Assembly: GCF_020745735.1 (NCBI RefSeq)
Contig: NC_083425.1
Span: forward strand, 33,033,575-33,097,574
DNA: 64,000 nt
Direction of reading: 5' to 3'
DNA from: Hemiscyllium ocellatum
Taxonomy: Eukaryota
Positions 1 through 12,594 of this stretch are shown in pieces; position 1 is the first letter of the stretch; each line of letters opens with the position of its first letter. The position numbers were made by a program, and so were the translations under genes. Below the pieces are notes generated by a model that made no database searches, was not told where the DNA came from, and saw nothing but the letters and a program-made list of their open reading frames with translations.

Positions 1-1094
1 ATACAGAACTGGCTCAAGGGTAGAAGACAGAGGATGGTGATGGAGGGTTGTTTTTCAGACTGGAGGCTTGTGACCAGTGGAGTGCCACAAGGATCGGTGC
101 TGGGCCCTCTACTTTTTGTCATTTACATAAATGATTTGGATGTGAGCATAAGAGGTCCAGTTAGTAAGTTTGCAGATGACACCAAAATTGGAGGTGTAGT
201 GGACAGCGAAGAGAGTTACCTCAGATTACAATAGGATCTTGACCAGATGTGCCAATGGGCTGAGAAGTGGCAGATGGAGTTTAATTCAGATAAGTGTGAG
301 GTGCTGCATTTTGGGAAAGCAAATCAGAGCAGGACTTATACACTTAATGATAAGTTCCTAGGGAGTGTTGCTGAACAAATAGACCTTGGAGTGCAGGTTC
401 ATAGCTCCTTGAAAGTGGAGTCGCAGGTAGGTAGGATAGTGAAGAAGGCATTTGGTATGCTTTCCTTTATTGGTCAGAGTATTGAGTACAGGAGTTGGGA
501 GGTCATGTTGCAGCTGTACAGGACATTGGTTAGCCACTGTTGGATTATTGCGTGCAATTCTGGTCTCCTCCCTATTGGAAAGATGTTGTGAAACTTGAAA
601 GGGTTCAGAAAAGATGTACAAGGATGTTACAGGGTTGGAGAATTTGAGCGACAGGGAAAGGCTGAACAGGTTGAGGCTGTTTTCCCTGGAGCATCGGAGG
701 CTGAGGGGTGACCTTATAGAGGTTTACAAAATTATGAGGGGCATAGATAGGATAAATAGACAAAGTATTTTCCCTGGGATTGGGGAGTCCAGAACTAGAG
801 GGCATAGGTTTAGGGTGAGAGGAGAAAGATATAAAAGAGACCTAAGAGGCAGCTTTTTCATGCAGAGGGTGGTACGTGTATGGAATGAGCTGCCAGAGGA
901 AGTGGTAGAGGCTGGTACAATTGCAACATTTAAGAGACATTTGAATGGGTATATAAATAGGAAGGGTTTGGAGGGATGTGGGCCGGGTGCTGGCAGGTGG
1001 GACTAGATTGGGTTGGGACATCTGGTCGGCATGGACAGGTTGGACCGAAGGGTCTGTTTCCATGCTGTACATCTCTATGACTCTATGACTCTAT
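1..1094 (+). mobile_element. CR1-clade LINE, 3' end (RT C-terminus, broken by stops/frameshifts)
   Basis: ORF fragments [50 protein letters not shown]; ends in the microsatellite tail ctctatgactctatgactctat. Confidence 0.93.
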
Positions 1095-1099
1095 ATCAG

Positions 1100-2370
1100 A
1101 CTACAAAGCAAAGTTGAATGGAATCGCTGACAGCAATGCAACTCTCCTCCATGAGCTCATTGTATTATATGCTCATTTTGAACAGAAAGTCAGTGAAATT
1201 ATGACACTTCCCTGAACAGCATTTGGTGCATCTGTACCCACAGACACCACTGCAGATGTCAGGTCAGCCTTCTTGTTGTTGCAGAAAAGGACTGGCCTAG
1301 ATCCTGTGTGAACCAGCTGGTGGGAGTATTTGCAGACATTTTTAACCACTTCTCATTATGATAGATTGAGGTTCCCACCTGCATCAAGAAGATCGCCATC
1401 ATCCTGGTGCCAAAGAAAAATCAGGCCACATGTTTTATTAGCTACTGCCCAGTGACTCTAACATCCATCATAATGAAGTGCTTCAATAGGGGAGTAATGT
1501 CACACATCAACTGCAGCCTCCCAGATTGACTTGATCCACTATAATTCACCTAATGTCACACAGTTCCATAGCAGGTACCATCTCCCTGACTACACCCATC
1601 CCTGGAGCATCTGGATAACAAGGATGTCTACGTTAGACTCCTATTTACTGACTTTAGCTCCACTATCAACACTATAATTCCAACTAAATTTATCTCCAAA
1701 CTAAGAGATGTAGGGCTCCATTCCCCCCCTTCATCTGGATCATTGACTTCCTGACCCGCAGACTGCAATTAGATTAGATTAGATTACTTACTGTGTGGAA
1801 ACAGGCCCTTCGGCCCAACAAGTCCACACCGACCCGCCGAAGCGCAGCCCACCCATACCCCTACATTTACCCCTTATCTAACACTACGGGCAATTTAGCT
1901 TGGCCAATTCACCTGACCTGCACATCTTTGGACTGTGGGAAGAAACCGGAGCACCCGGAGGAAACCCACGCAGACACTGGGAGAACGTGCAAACTCCACA
2001 CAGTCAGTCGCCTGAGGCGGGAAATGAACCCGTGTCTCTAGCGCTGTGAGGCAGCAGTGCTAACCACTGTGCCACCGTGCTGCCCACCAATCAATAAGGA
2101 TAGGCAACAACACCTCCTCCACAACAATCCTCAACACTGGTGCCCCGCAAAGCTGTGTACTCTCCTTAAACACTCATGACTGTGTGACCAAATTTGTAAA
2201 TTTGCATTTACAAATTTGCTGATGACACCATCGTAGTGGGATGGATCTTAAATAATGATGAGTACAACACACCAATGTCTCTACTTCCTCAGAATGTTAA
2301 AGAAATTTAGCATGTCCATAATGACTCATATCAATTTTTATGGCTGCACTACAGAAATCATCCAGTCCAG
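1100..2370 (+). mobile_element. Degraded Rex-Babar/L2-type LINE RT fragment, interrupted by an HE1 SINE
   Basis: Translatable remnants such as gactctaacatccatcataatgaagtgcttc and aaatttgctgatgacaccatcgtagtggga (KFADDT); same family as 7420-8300. Boundaries approximate. Confidence 0.7.
1769..2085 (-). mobile_element. HE1-type tRNA-derived V-SINE, full length
   Basis: Minus strand starts gggcagcacggtggcacagtggttagcactgctgcctcacagc (tRNA-like head); central ggtttcctccgggtgctccggtttc; (taatc)n tail. Confidence 0.88.
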
Positions 2371-3511
2371 ATACATTACAGCTTGGCATAGGGAATAAAT
2401 GGAACTAAAATATAAAACAGAGTTAGGAGGAGCGTTTACCTGAAAGCATGATCAGCACTTCATTAATATTCTAGTTATGGAACTGAATGCTGAATTCGAT
2501 TCATGGAGGAGAAATGGACATTACCGGCTGGACCTGCATTTAATGACAATAATTAATGGCCTTTGAGACAATGGTGGTGAACAGCTGTCCATTTGGTTGA
2601 GGCTGACCCACAATGTTGTTTGCAAGGTGGCCTCAGGACTTTGAACCAGTGAAACTGAAGAAGCAGTGGTGTATTTCCAAGTCACGATACTGTATGTCTC
2701 GTAGGAGAATCTGCAGAGGGGCTGAAAACCTTTTGATACATTCATGGTGAATCCATTAATGTAAGTAAGAAAAAAAATACAGTTTTTTTGTTTATTTTCC
2801 AAACAACTGTGCAAAGTAGTTTTCTTTATTTGTACATTTCTGAGCTGCTGGAGCACTTCAGAAAGAACTTTGGTCTATCTGTCTTCCTCTGTGTTTGAAA
2901 CTTGAAACAGACTTTTCATAGAACTGCCACCCTCTGCCTGTGGTTTATGTTACTGCAACCATCTCAAAGCTCAGTGATAAGATCTGAATGAATTACAAGC
3001 TTTTACTCATCACATGTTAATATAGCCACGTTTATTAGCTAATGCACAAAGGCACAGAGGTTTTAACAGGTCATATTTTTTACTGATAGGTGCAAATCTT
3101 ATATTCTATTCCAGGAACATATCTTATAATGAGACAGTTGTTCACTCACATTTACAATGGAAACAACATTGATAACAGGATGTTCATTTACCTTCAATAC
3201 ATTGCAAGAGGGGAGCCGGAGACTGGCATAAAATGAACAATGAGGACTGAAACATTCAGGAAGCTCGACACAAACCAAATGAGAAGTAACTGAAGGGCTG
3301 GGATACAACGTGAATTGGTTTTAATACAATTGAAGAAATGATGCTGTTATTTGCAGAACGTCAACTTTCCTGACATGTATTGGCTCTAACATGATTCCGG
3401 CCCTATTAGTTGAAATGGTGTGGGTATTGTGTGATTTTCTTACAAAACGAGATGGTAAGATAACCGAACTATCACATTGTATCAGAACTGGCAATAGTGA
3501 ATAGTATGGCA

Positions 3512-4460
3512 AAAACAATGACTGCAGATGCTGGAAACCAGATTCCGCACCTTCGCCCTCAGACCCCACCCCTCCAACCCTAACAAGGACAGAACGCTCC
3601 TAGTGTTCACCAACTACCTTACAAACCTTCGCATAAACCAAATCATCCGCCGACATTTCTGCCACCTCCAAAAAGACCCCACCACCAGGGATATATTTCC
3701 CTCCCCACCCTTTTCCACCTTCCGCAAAGACCGTTCCCTCCGTGACTCCCTGGTCAGGTCCATGCCCCCTTACAACCCACCCTACCATCCTGGCACTTTC
3801 CCCTGCCACCGCAGGAAATGTAAAACATGCGCCCACACCTCCTCCCTCACCTCTATCCAAAGCCCTAAAGGAGCCTTCCACATCCATCAAAGTTTTACCT
3901 GCACATCCACTAATATCATTTATTGTATCTATTGCTCCTGATGCGGTCTCCTCTACATTGGGGAGACTGGGCGCCTCCTAGCAGAGCACTTGAGGGAACA
4001 TCTCCGGGACACCCCACACCAATCAACCACACCGCTCCGTGGCCCAACATTTAGGAAGAATGCCTCATCTTCCGCCTCGGAACACTTCAACCCCAGGGCA
4101 TCAATGTGGACTTCAAGAGTTTCCTCATTTCCCCTTCCCCCACCTCACCCTAGTTTCAAACTTCCAGCTCAGCACTGGCCCCATGACTTGTCCGGACTTG
4201 TCCTACCTGCCTATCTCCTTTTCCACCTATCCACTCCACACTCTCCTCCCTGACCTATCACCTTCATTCCCTCCCCCACTCACCCATTGTACTCTATGCT
4301 ACTTTCTCCCCAGCCCCACCCTCCTCTAGCTTATCTCTCCACGCTTCAGGCTCACTGCCTTTATTCCTGATGAAGGGCTTATGCCCGAAACGTCGATTTC
4401 GCTGCACTTTGGATGCTACCTGAACTGCTGTGCTCTTCCAGCACCACTAATGCAGAATAG
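3512..4460 (+). mobile_element. Penelope-like element family A, 5'-truncated (GIY-YIG endonuclease remnant plus hammerhead-bearing 3' terminus)
   Basis: ORF ...CKTCAHT...FHIHQSFTCTSTNIIYCIYCS followed by the LYIGET segment; 9-bp TSD agtatggca at 3503-3511 and 4461-4469; short inverted terminal piece at the 5' end. Confidence 0.85.
4367..4394 (+). ncRNA. Minimal type I hammerhead ribozyme core (PLE-A terminus), intact
   Basis: CTGATGA-A-GGGC-ttat-GCCC-GAAA-CGTC: full catalytic core, 4-bp stem II, palindromic ACGT stem III, GUC triplet. Activity not shown. Confidence 0.72.
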
Positions 4461-4820
4461 AGTATGGCAGTGCAGTTGTCATGTACTAGCATGGCCAGTT
4501 TTTGACCAATAACACATATATACTCACTAAAGAAAGTATTTATTTACAATTTTATTCCGAATGAGGCAGAAAGGGCATGAGTGTCAAGAATTTAGTGGGA
4601 TTTGAGTTAATGGAGGAACAATCAACTAGGTTTCATATGGAATAGGTTTGAGTAAATTTTGAGTATGTTGAAGTAAGGATTCAGACACAGAAGTTAATGC
4701 CTCAGAAAGTGACTTTTCACACATAGTCTGACCAAAATGGTGTTATACAATCTTAATCTGACTTTGCAGTTGTTTTATTTTTGACAATTTGTCATTTATA
4801 TTTATGAAAATACAGAGAGT

Positions 4821-7303
4821 TAAGTCTATAAGTTAGCTTGCTGAGCTTAAAGATTTGTTTTCCGAAATTTTGTCATCACATTAGCTAACATCATCAGTGA
4901 GAGTCTCTGGTGAGGTGCTGGTGGTATGTCCCGCCTCTCTATTTACAGGTCTTGGTTTCTTAAGGTGGGTAATGTCATTTCCATTTTTTTTCAAGGGAAG
5001 GTAGATAGAGTCTAAATTGATGTGTTTATTGATAGAGTTTTATTAGATTGCCATGCCTCTAGGGATTCTTGTGCATGTCTTTGTTTCGCCTGTCCTAGGA
5101 TGTGTGTGTTGTCCCAATCAAAGTGGTGTCCTTCTATGTATGTATGGAAACTAGTGAGAGTGGGTCGTGTATTTTGGTGACCAGTTGATGTTCATGTATC
5201 CTGGTGGCAAGTATCCTACTAGTTTGTCCAATGTAGAGTTTTTTACAGTTCTTGCATGGTACCTTGTAAATGGTGATTATTTTGCTGGTAGTATCTAATG
5301 GATCCTTTAGGTTCATTAGTCACTGTTCAAGTGTATTGGTAAGTTTATGGGCTACCATGATACCAAGGGGTCTGAGTTGTCTGGAAGTCATTTCTGATCT
5401 GTCTTTGATGTAAGGTAATGTGGCTATAGTTTTTGGTTGCGTTGTGTCTGCTTGTTTGGGTTTGTTTCTGAGGAATCAGCGGAATGTATTGGGTATAATT
5501 ATTGGGTATCCACTTTTTCTTGAAAACACTGTATAGATACTTTTCTTCTGCTTTTTATAGTTCTTGGGTGCTGCAGTGTGATGTGGCTCATTGAAATAAT
5601 GTTGTGATGCAGCTCTATTTGTGGGTGTTGGGATGACTGCTTCTGAAGTTAAGTATTTGGTCTGTGTTCGTTTTTCTGTAGATGCTGGTTTGAAGCTCTC
5701 CATTAACTGTATGTTCAACTGTCACATCTAGAAACGAGAGTCTGTTGTCGTTCACCTCCTCTTCTGTGAATTTTATGCCTGTCAGGATATTGTTGGTGGT
5801 GTTGTATGTTTCCTCTAATTTGTTCCATTTTGTGATGACATCCACGTTGCAAACCCAACGTTTGGATTGGATAGATGTTCAAGTCTCCGCATTACTCCTT
5901 CCACTGTGAGCCCTGATATTGGTGATCCCATGGGTGTTCTGTTGACTTGTTTGTAGGTTTTGTTATTGAAAGTGAAGTGGGTGGTGAGGCACAGGTCCAC
6001 TAGCTTGAGGACATTGTCTTTGCTGATGAAGTTGGTGCTGTCTGGTGTTTGTGTTCCTGCTTTTGCTAGGTAGTGATGCCAGTGTTTCTTTGGCCAGGGT
6101 GATGTTGATTGATGTGAAAAGGGCTGTAACATCAAAGGAGACCATTATTTCATCCTCTTCCATCTTGGTGTCTTTGATGGTGCTCAGGAATTCTTGGGTG
6201 GAGTGAATAAAGTGTCATGAATCTTCAATTAGGTGTTTTTGTTTTTGGTGGAGTTCCTTGACTAATCTATATGTTGGTGTACCAGGTAGGGGATCTGAGT
6301 GGGGGAGGGCCCAGGTTTGTGTATTTTTGGTAATCCATAGAAGTGTGGTGTGTTGGATCCGTCTGGTTTCATGTTTTAGAAGTGTGTCCTATTTAATTCT
6401 CCTGATTCTTTCAAGTCCTGTTAGAAAGGCTGAGATTCTGTTTAGCAGTTGCAGGTTCGAGTCTATCGCCATCGGCTGGTAAGTGTCGGTATCTGCAAGC
6501 AGAGCATTTGCCTTTTTAAGATGGTTGGATTTTTAAAAAAAACTTTGTACACCCCAGTCCAATACCGGCATCTCCAAATCATTAAAAAATAATGGTCATG
6601 CGTCCATTGTCTGCAGCTAGATTATGATGTTTTTGCCTTTTTAAAGTTTTTCTTAGGCTTTATTTTCTTGAGCATTAAGTGTATTCCCTTCCTTTTTTCA
6701 GCCTAACGTAGGTGCAATAGCTTGTCTTTATGGTCTGCTGTGTTTATTCTGAAAGACCTTTTTTTTAAAATATGAATTCAAATGCTGCAGGGAAGTCCTT
6801 TTTACTCATGTCTTTGTGACTAGTTTAACCCTCTGACTAGGACTGCTTTTTCTGTATCGATGCAAGAACTTAAAAGAAAACTATGTCAGACAAACTAGCA
6901 GGAAACTTGCCACCAGGACATAAACACCAACTGGCCACCAAAAGACATGATCCACTCTCACTAGTTGCCATACTTACAGACAAAGAAGGACATCACTTTG
7001 ACGAGGACAGCACACACATCCAAGGACAGGCGAAACAAAGACACGCACAAGAATTCTTAGAGGCATGGCATTCTAACCAGAACTCCGTCAAAAAACACAT
7101 CGATTTAGACCCTATCTACCTTCCCTTGAAAAAAATAAAGTGGAAATGACATCGCCCACCTTAAGAAACCAAGACCTATAAATAGAGAGGCGGGATGTAC
7201 CACCAGCGCTTCACTAGAGACTCTCACTGATGATGTTACCTAGTATGGTGACAAAACATCTGAACATAAACCTTCAAGCTCAGCGAGCTAACTTACAGAC
7301 TTA
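4821..7303 (-). mobile_element. Penelope-like element family C (Poseidon-like), RT plus GIY-YIG, with inverted terminal repeat
   Basis: Minus-strand fragments IMVSFDVTALFTSINI, LTTHFTFNNKTYKQ..TPMGSPISG, LSFLDVTV..LQTSIYRK, IYKVPCKNCKKLYIGQTSR..RIHEH; 6900-7303 is an inverted copy of the 3' end; termini taagtctataagttagc and gctaacttacagactta are inverted. Confidence 0.88.
7227..7260 (+). ncRNA. Decayed hammerhead ribozyme (PLE-C terminus)
   Basis: CTGATGA-T-GTTACC-tagtat-GGTGAC-AAAAC-ATC; 6-bp stem II; both departures from GAAAC/GTC are CpG-to-CpA changes. A more decayed inverted partner lies at 4864-4897. Confidence 0.55.
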
Positions 7304-7419
7304 GCATTAATCTACAAATCTTCACAAAAATCGCTAATACAGGGAGATGTGCATATGTTGCACAATTAGGTGCCATTTTAATTACAGAAATTATTTTTTA
7401 AAATTGGTCTATTGTCTCA

Positions 7420-8300
7420 GCAGGAATGATGAGTCAGCACACAGAGAGGAGGTGCAGTGGCTAACAGACTGGTGCAGAGCCAACAACCTGCTTCTGAACA
7501 TGGACAAGATAAAAGTGATGGTTGTTGACTTCAGGAGGACATGGACTGACCACTGTCTGCTGTACACCGACGGCTCTCCCGTGAATATTGTGAAGAGCAC
7601 CAAATTTATTGGTTAACGCCTGGCAGAGAATCTCACCTGGACCCTCAACACCAGCTCCATAGCCAAGAAAGCCCAGCAGCATCTCTACTTTCTGCGCAGG
7701 CTGAGGAAAGCCCATCTCCCCACCCCCACCCTCACTACATTCTACAGCGGGTTCACTGAGAATACTCTGAGCAGCTGTTTCACTGCCTGGTTTGGTATTG
7801 TCTTGGATCGTAAGACCCTACAACGGATAGTGAGGACAGCTGAGAAGATCATCGGGATCTCTCTTCCCTCCATTACAGACATTTACAACACACGCTGCAT
7901 CCAAAAGGCTCAAAGCATTGTGGAAGACCCCGTACACCCTTCACTCAAACTCTTCTCCCTCCTGCCATCTGATAGAAGATACTGGAGTATTTCATCTCTC
8001 ACGGCCAGACTGTGTAACAGTTTCTTCCCCCAAGCTATCAGGCTCCTTAACACAGTATGATCGGACACTTCCACCTGAAAATCTTGGCACCACTTGAAAT
8101 TGCTGCCAGAAAAATGTCAATGATTTATCATTCTTCTATTACACTGTAACTTGCGTGTTTTGTGCTTATTATGCACTTTATGCCATGTACGATTGTGTAG
8201 TTTGTGCTGTCAATGTAGCATCTCGGTACTAGGGGAACATTGTCTCGTTTTTCGCTGTATCAGCTGTATCTAGTAGAAATGACAAAAAAAAAGCTACTCT
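7420..8300 (+). mobile_element. Rex-Babar/L2-type LINE 3' fragment
   Basis: HREEVQWLTDWCRANNLLLNMDKIKVMVVDFRR; [14 protein letters not shown]; RKTLQRIVRTAEKIIG; RLCNSFFPQAIRLLN. Confidence 0.85.
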
Positions 8301-8454
8301 CTCTCTCTTATAGATTACGGCACTCTGCATACCCAAGTCAGTTTTAAATATGACCTTTTCTCCCAATATTTCAAGCAGAGGTCCAATTCACCATCACCAA
8401 CTGTTATAAGAAATACTCTTCAATGCTCCTCTAATTTGTCTGCTGAAGTTATTG

Positions 8455-9378
8455 GGTAAAAACAATGATTGCAGATGCTGGAAACCAGATTCTGGATAAG
8501 TAGTGCTGGAAGAGCACAGCAGTTCAGGCAGCATCCGAGAAGCAGTAAAATCGACGTTTCGGGCAAAGGCCCTTCATCAGGAATACAGGCAGAGAGCCTG
8601 AAGGATGGAGAGATAAGTGAGAGGAGGGTAGGGGTGGGGAGAAAGTAGCATAGAGTACAATAGGTGAGTGGGGGAGGGGATCAAGGTGATAGGTTGGGGG
8701 GGAGGGTGGAGTGGATAGGTGGAAAAGAAGATAGGCAGCTAGGACAAGTCACGGGGACAGTGCTGAGCTGGAAGTTTGGAACTGGAGTGAGGTGGGGGAA
8801 GGGAAGGGAAAATGAGGAAACTGTTGAAGTCCATATTGATGCCCTGGAGTTGAAGAGTTCTGAGGCAGAAGATGAGGCATTCATCCTCCAGGCATCTGGT
8901 GGTGAGGGATCATCGGTGAAGGAGACCCAGGACCTCTATGGCCTCGGCAGAGTGGGAGGGAGAGTTGAAATGTTGGGCCACAGAGCGGTGGGGTTGATTG
9001 GTGCGGGTGTCTCGGAGATGTTCCCTAATGCGCTCTGCTAGGAGGCGCCCAGTCTCCCCAATGTAGAGGAGACCGCATCGCAAACAACGGATACAATAAA
9101 TTATATTAGTAGATGTGCAGGTAAAACTTTGATGGATGTGGAAGGCTCCTTTAGAGCCTTGGATAGAGGTGAGGGAGGAGGTGTGGGCGCAGGTTTTGCA
9201 ATTCCTGCGGTTGCAGGGGAAGGTGCCAGGATGGGAGGGTGGGTTGTAGGGGGGCGTGGACCTGACCAGGTAGTCACGGAAGGAACGGTCTTTGCGGAAG
9301 GCGGAAAGGGGTGGGGAGGGAAATATATCCCTGGTGGTGGGGTCTGTTTGGAGGTGGCGGAAATGCCGGCAGATGATT
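8455..9378 (-). mobile_element. Penelope-like element family A, 5'-truncated
   Basis: Reverse complement of the 3512-4460 family; 14-bp TSD tgctgaagttattg at 8441-8454 and 9379-9392. Confidence 0.87.
8553..8580 (-). ncRNA. Minimal hammerhead ribozyme core (PLE-A terminus), intact
   Basis: Minus strand CTGATGA-A-GGGC-cttt-GCCC-GAAA-CGTC. Confidence 0.72.
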
Positions 9379-10228
9379 TGCTGAAGTTATTGACCTACTT
9401 TTAAGTTTTCTAGATTACAAATTAAAACACCTCAATCAATTCTCAAGTCAATTACTTATGCCCCCCCAAAAAGTCCCATTTTATCAAAGCTTTTCTTTTA
9501 GCTACAATTCTGGCAGTACAAGAACAGCCTGTGCTTAGCAAGTTAATCTCAGTTGCTGAAGGTGTGCACTGACCACATTTCATCTGATCACTCCTACAAT
9601 ATTGTGGTAACAATTGCTCAGCACTGTTGCCAAAAGTGCTGGGATGGATTTAAAGTGCTGTATATGACAAGTGGACACCTATTCCGACAATTTGAAAGAT
9701 GGAATCAATGTGAGAATGCAACCTCATTGAAATCGAAGCTTCACGAATAATGGAATTATAGGATTGTAAACTGGTTACTGTCTAGGAGGGGATTATTTAG
9801 CCTTTTAAAACTATGCCAACACCATTGAAGAACTGATTAGTGAGTCCCACTAGCCCATCCTTTACCTGTACTCTTGATTATTTTCTCTTCAGGTAATTGT
9901 CTTTGCATTTAGATAATTGCAATAACATGGATCACACCAGCAGCCAATCCTGGAAGGGCGAACAATCATGGATGAGGTGGAAAAGAGTTGCCCAAAGCCA
10001 CAGCAGTCTGGAAAATATGGTTTTGCTTACTCTGGGAGAGCAGTCCTTATTTGGCCACACCAATAATTCCGAACTTTTCAGTTGTACTGTGTAAGGTTCC
10101 TGAAATCGAGAATTCTAACTGACAAAATATATCATAAATCAAGCAACTTTTATGAAATTAAACTGGCTGGAAGAAACTTTAGGCAAATTTTGTAAATGAT
10201 TTACACCTATTCCATAAACAACATGCAG

Positions 10229-10454
10229 GAACAGAGTCGGGAGTGTGCTGCTGGAAAAGCACAGCCAGTCAGGCAGCATCCGAGGTCCAGGAGAATTGAC
10301 GTTTCGAGCATAAGCTCTTCATCAGGAACGAATCCTTGCTGATGAAGAGCTTATGCTTGAAATGTCAATTCTCCTGCTCCTCTGATGCTACCTGATTGGC
10401 TGTGCTTTTCCAGCACCACACTCTCAACCCTGATCTGCAGTCCTCACTTTCTCC
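10229..10454. mobile_element. Fold-back mini-element of two inverted PLE-A termini, one hammerhead per strand
   Basis: 10241-10326 and 10338-10423 are near-perfect reverse complements; hammerheads at 10298-10325 (-) and 10339-10366 (+); flanked by caacat(g/a)cag at 10219-10228 and 10455-10464. Confidence 0.8.
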
Positions 10455-10789
10455 CAACATACAGTAACCCACCTGTCAGACAGACTAAATTTACTAACGG
10501 CTGATTAGATCTGATCTGATGAGGATCGATTAGCTTCTAATGGGATTTCTGAGTGCTTTCTCTGCTAATGACAACACACTCAGTAAATCTTTTGGTTTCA
10601 CCTTATACTTGGGTTGCTTTGGAACTGTCCTCACACACAACCATTGTTAAATGTTTGATTCATTCCCAGGATGCATGACCAGCTGTTAGTTGTTGGTTAG
10701 TGTATTCCCAAACTGTCTTTCACTGACTTAGTCATATACTAACTTCTTGTCACTTCCTGTGTGGCTTTGTGCAGATGCACAGCGAGCAG

Positions 10790-11260
10790 TAGTAGGCCAT
10801 GAGGTCTCACTTGTCCTCATTGCTGAGAAGCTGGAGTAATGCAGCCACTACATTGATTCCTTTCCTGCTATCACTTAGACTCTGCAGCACTGCAGCCAGA
10901 TTTATGACCATCTGTCTCCATGCACAGGTTGGCGGCTGCTGTGAAGACACAGGCCCAGCATCAGCAGAGCTGTTGGAGGATCAAAATACCTGCACTCCTT
11001 CACCCTACACATTGATCCTCAGTGAAGAGGAGCCTTGCATATCCAGGTACATCCCTTCACAAAGAGATGAGGCAAAGCCAGGAGCCATCAAACTGGAAGA
11101 GGAGGAGTTATACACAGGTCCCACAACAGTCTCCCATCAGGGAAGTGGCCAGACCCTCCACCTCCACCTTGTTCCCCTCCCCCATCAACCTCTCCCTGAG
11201 TGTTGGATGCTCCAGCCTAGCAAGTTAAGTTTGCCCCTGGCTAGAGGACCCTCAAAATGT
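10790..11260 (+). mobile_element. Possible degraded PIF/Harbinger accessory-ORF sequence
   Basis: Composition and low-complexity coding remnants resemble the Harbinger relics at 35.2-36.3 kb and 52.9-53.4 kb; no diagnostic motif seen here. Confidence 0.3.
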
Positions 11261-11274
11261 TTGGCCCGTCCAGA

Positions 11275-11406
11275 CCCAAACAAACCTCCAGGGTCACCCG
11301 AACGAACTCCCAGGGTCACCCAAACAAACCTCCTGGGTCACCCGAACAAACTCCCAGGGTCACCCAAACAAGCCCCTGGGGTCACCCGAACAAACCTCCA
11401 GGGTCA
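11275..11406 (+). repeat. Minisatellite, 6 x 22 bp with dimeric (44-bp) higher-order pattern
   Basis: Units ccc(a/g)aacaaac(c/t)(t/c)ccagggtca start at 11275, 11297, 11319, 11341, 11363 and 11385; position 4 alternates A,G,A,G,A,G. Confidence 0.92.
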
Positions 11407-12561
11407 ATGGGTTCCACTACGGAGCAAGATCCTTCCATCTCAGTTGTGAGGTATTTCAGGGTAGTGCAGTGAGAGGGGCAGGAGGAAAAAATGATTAATG
11501 TCACTTGTAGGTGTTGGCTGTAAAATTGTACAGAGTTTGGAGATCTGATTTAAATAGTCTGTTCACCATACTGTGTTACCTCGACAATTTATTGAGAAAA
11601 AATTCATACTTAAAGTTCCTTCCACAACGAATAGTATATAAGTAGTTTTAACATTTCTCAAACTCTTGCATTTTACTGCTTATGCCCCTGTTTCTGTTCT
11701 GAGGCTAGATGCCTCATAGCATCCTGCGCTATCGCTCCTCGGTCATTAATGAGGGTCAGGGGAAGGGTGTCTGCAAAGATTGCTAACTACATTACATGGA
11801 AACAGCAGTAGCAATATGTATACATGACATCAGCTCACTCAAAGATATCTTACATCCCTGCCCCACTATAATTGCTTACTGAGCAGCAGCGTATATGTAT
11901 AGGAGTGTATATCTCAGGAAGATCTCAGCTGTGTTGATGATGAGGAGGCACAACCAAGACAGTGAGTGCTGCAGGATTGCCAGGCTAGGCACTTTGCATG
12001 CCTGTGTGATCATATGATGGAGGGCAATATTGTTCCCTATGCAGGCCCAATCACTTGCTGCAGATGCAACTTAAGGGTTTCAGTCTTCTCTTTCACAGGT
12101 TAGCTCATTTCTTTCACCTACTATGAGTGCCTTCGCAGCCTTTCTCCTTAACATTGTACTCTGTCCACGTGCTTCATGATTGGCGCAACATGAGTGGCCG
12201 TCAGCCTCGGTGTTAATGTGTCACTATGACTTCCAACATCAAGCTTTGTAATTTGCCAGTGTCCAGAGGTATGAGGAGTTGTATCAGACCAAAAATATTA
12301 ACATCCATTAACTAGATGATAGCGGAAGTCAAAACGTTTACTTTAAAATGTCAACATCAGTATATTCTGTACAAGTTAAAAATAAGATTGATTAACTGCA
12401 AGCACGATGAAGCATTGGTTTTGTGTCGTGTAGAAGGGTCATTGAAGTCAAAAGCTTAGTTCTGCTATCTTGCCATAGATGCTGCCAGACGTACTGAATT
12501 TGTCCAGCAATTTTTGCTTTAGTTTAAGATTTCCAGAATCTATATTTTCCAGTTCTATATT

Positions 12562-12594
12562 TTAATAAACATTAATCCTGTGGTCGCTTGACAC
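12562..12594 (-). CDS. Copy 1 terminal coding exon (VSSDHRINVY*)
   Basis: Acceptor tttttcctctttaaccag; about 20/33 nt identical to the copy 2 terminal exon; phase 0. Confidence 0.7.
   Translation of the reverse strand: MSSDHRINVY

Noticed and set aside
1769-2085. tRNA genes in the HE1 heads (also 19098-19411)
   Set aside because: They are tRNA-derived SINE heads followed by the V-domain and LINE-like tail, not stand-alone tRNAs.
11275-11406. Possible CRISPR-like array
   Set aside because: Units are contiguous with no unique spacers, there are no cas genes, and the context is a vertebrate genome.
10799-11449. 216-aa ORF as a host gene
   Set aside because: Kept open by low-complexity TE-like sequence and the 22-bp minisatellite; no domain or splice support.
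12340-12372. Alternative terminal exon for copy 1 (ttgtacag/AATATACTGATGTTGAC)
   Set aside because: Aligns to 3' UTR sequence of copy 2 (41325-41350); the exon at 12562-12594 is the true homologue of the copy 2 last exon. It remains possible as a minor isoform.
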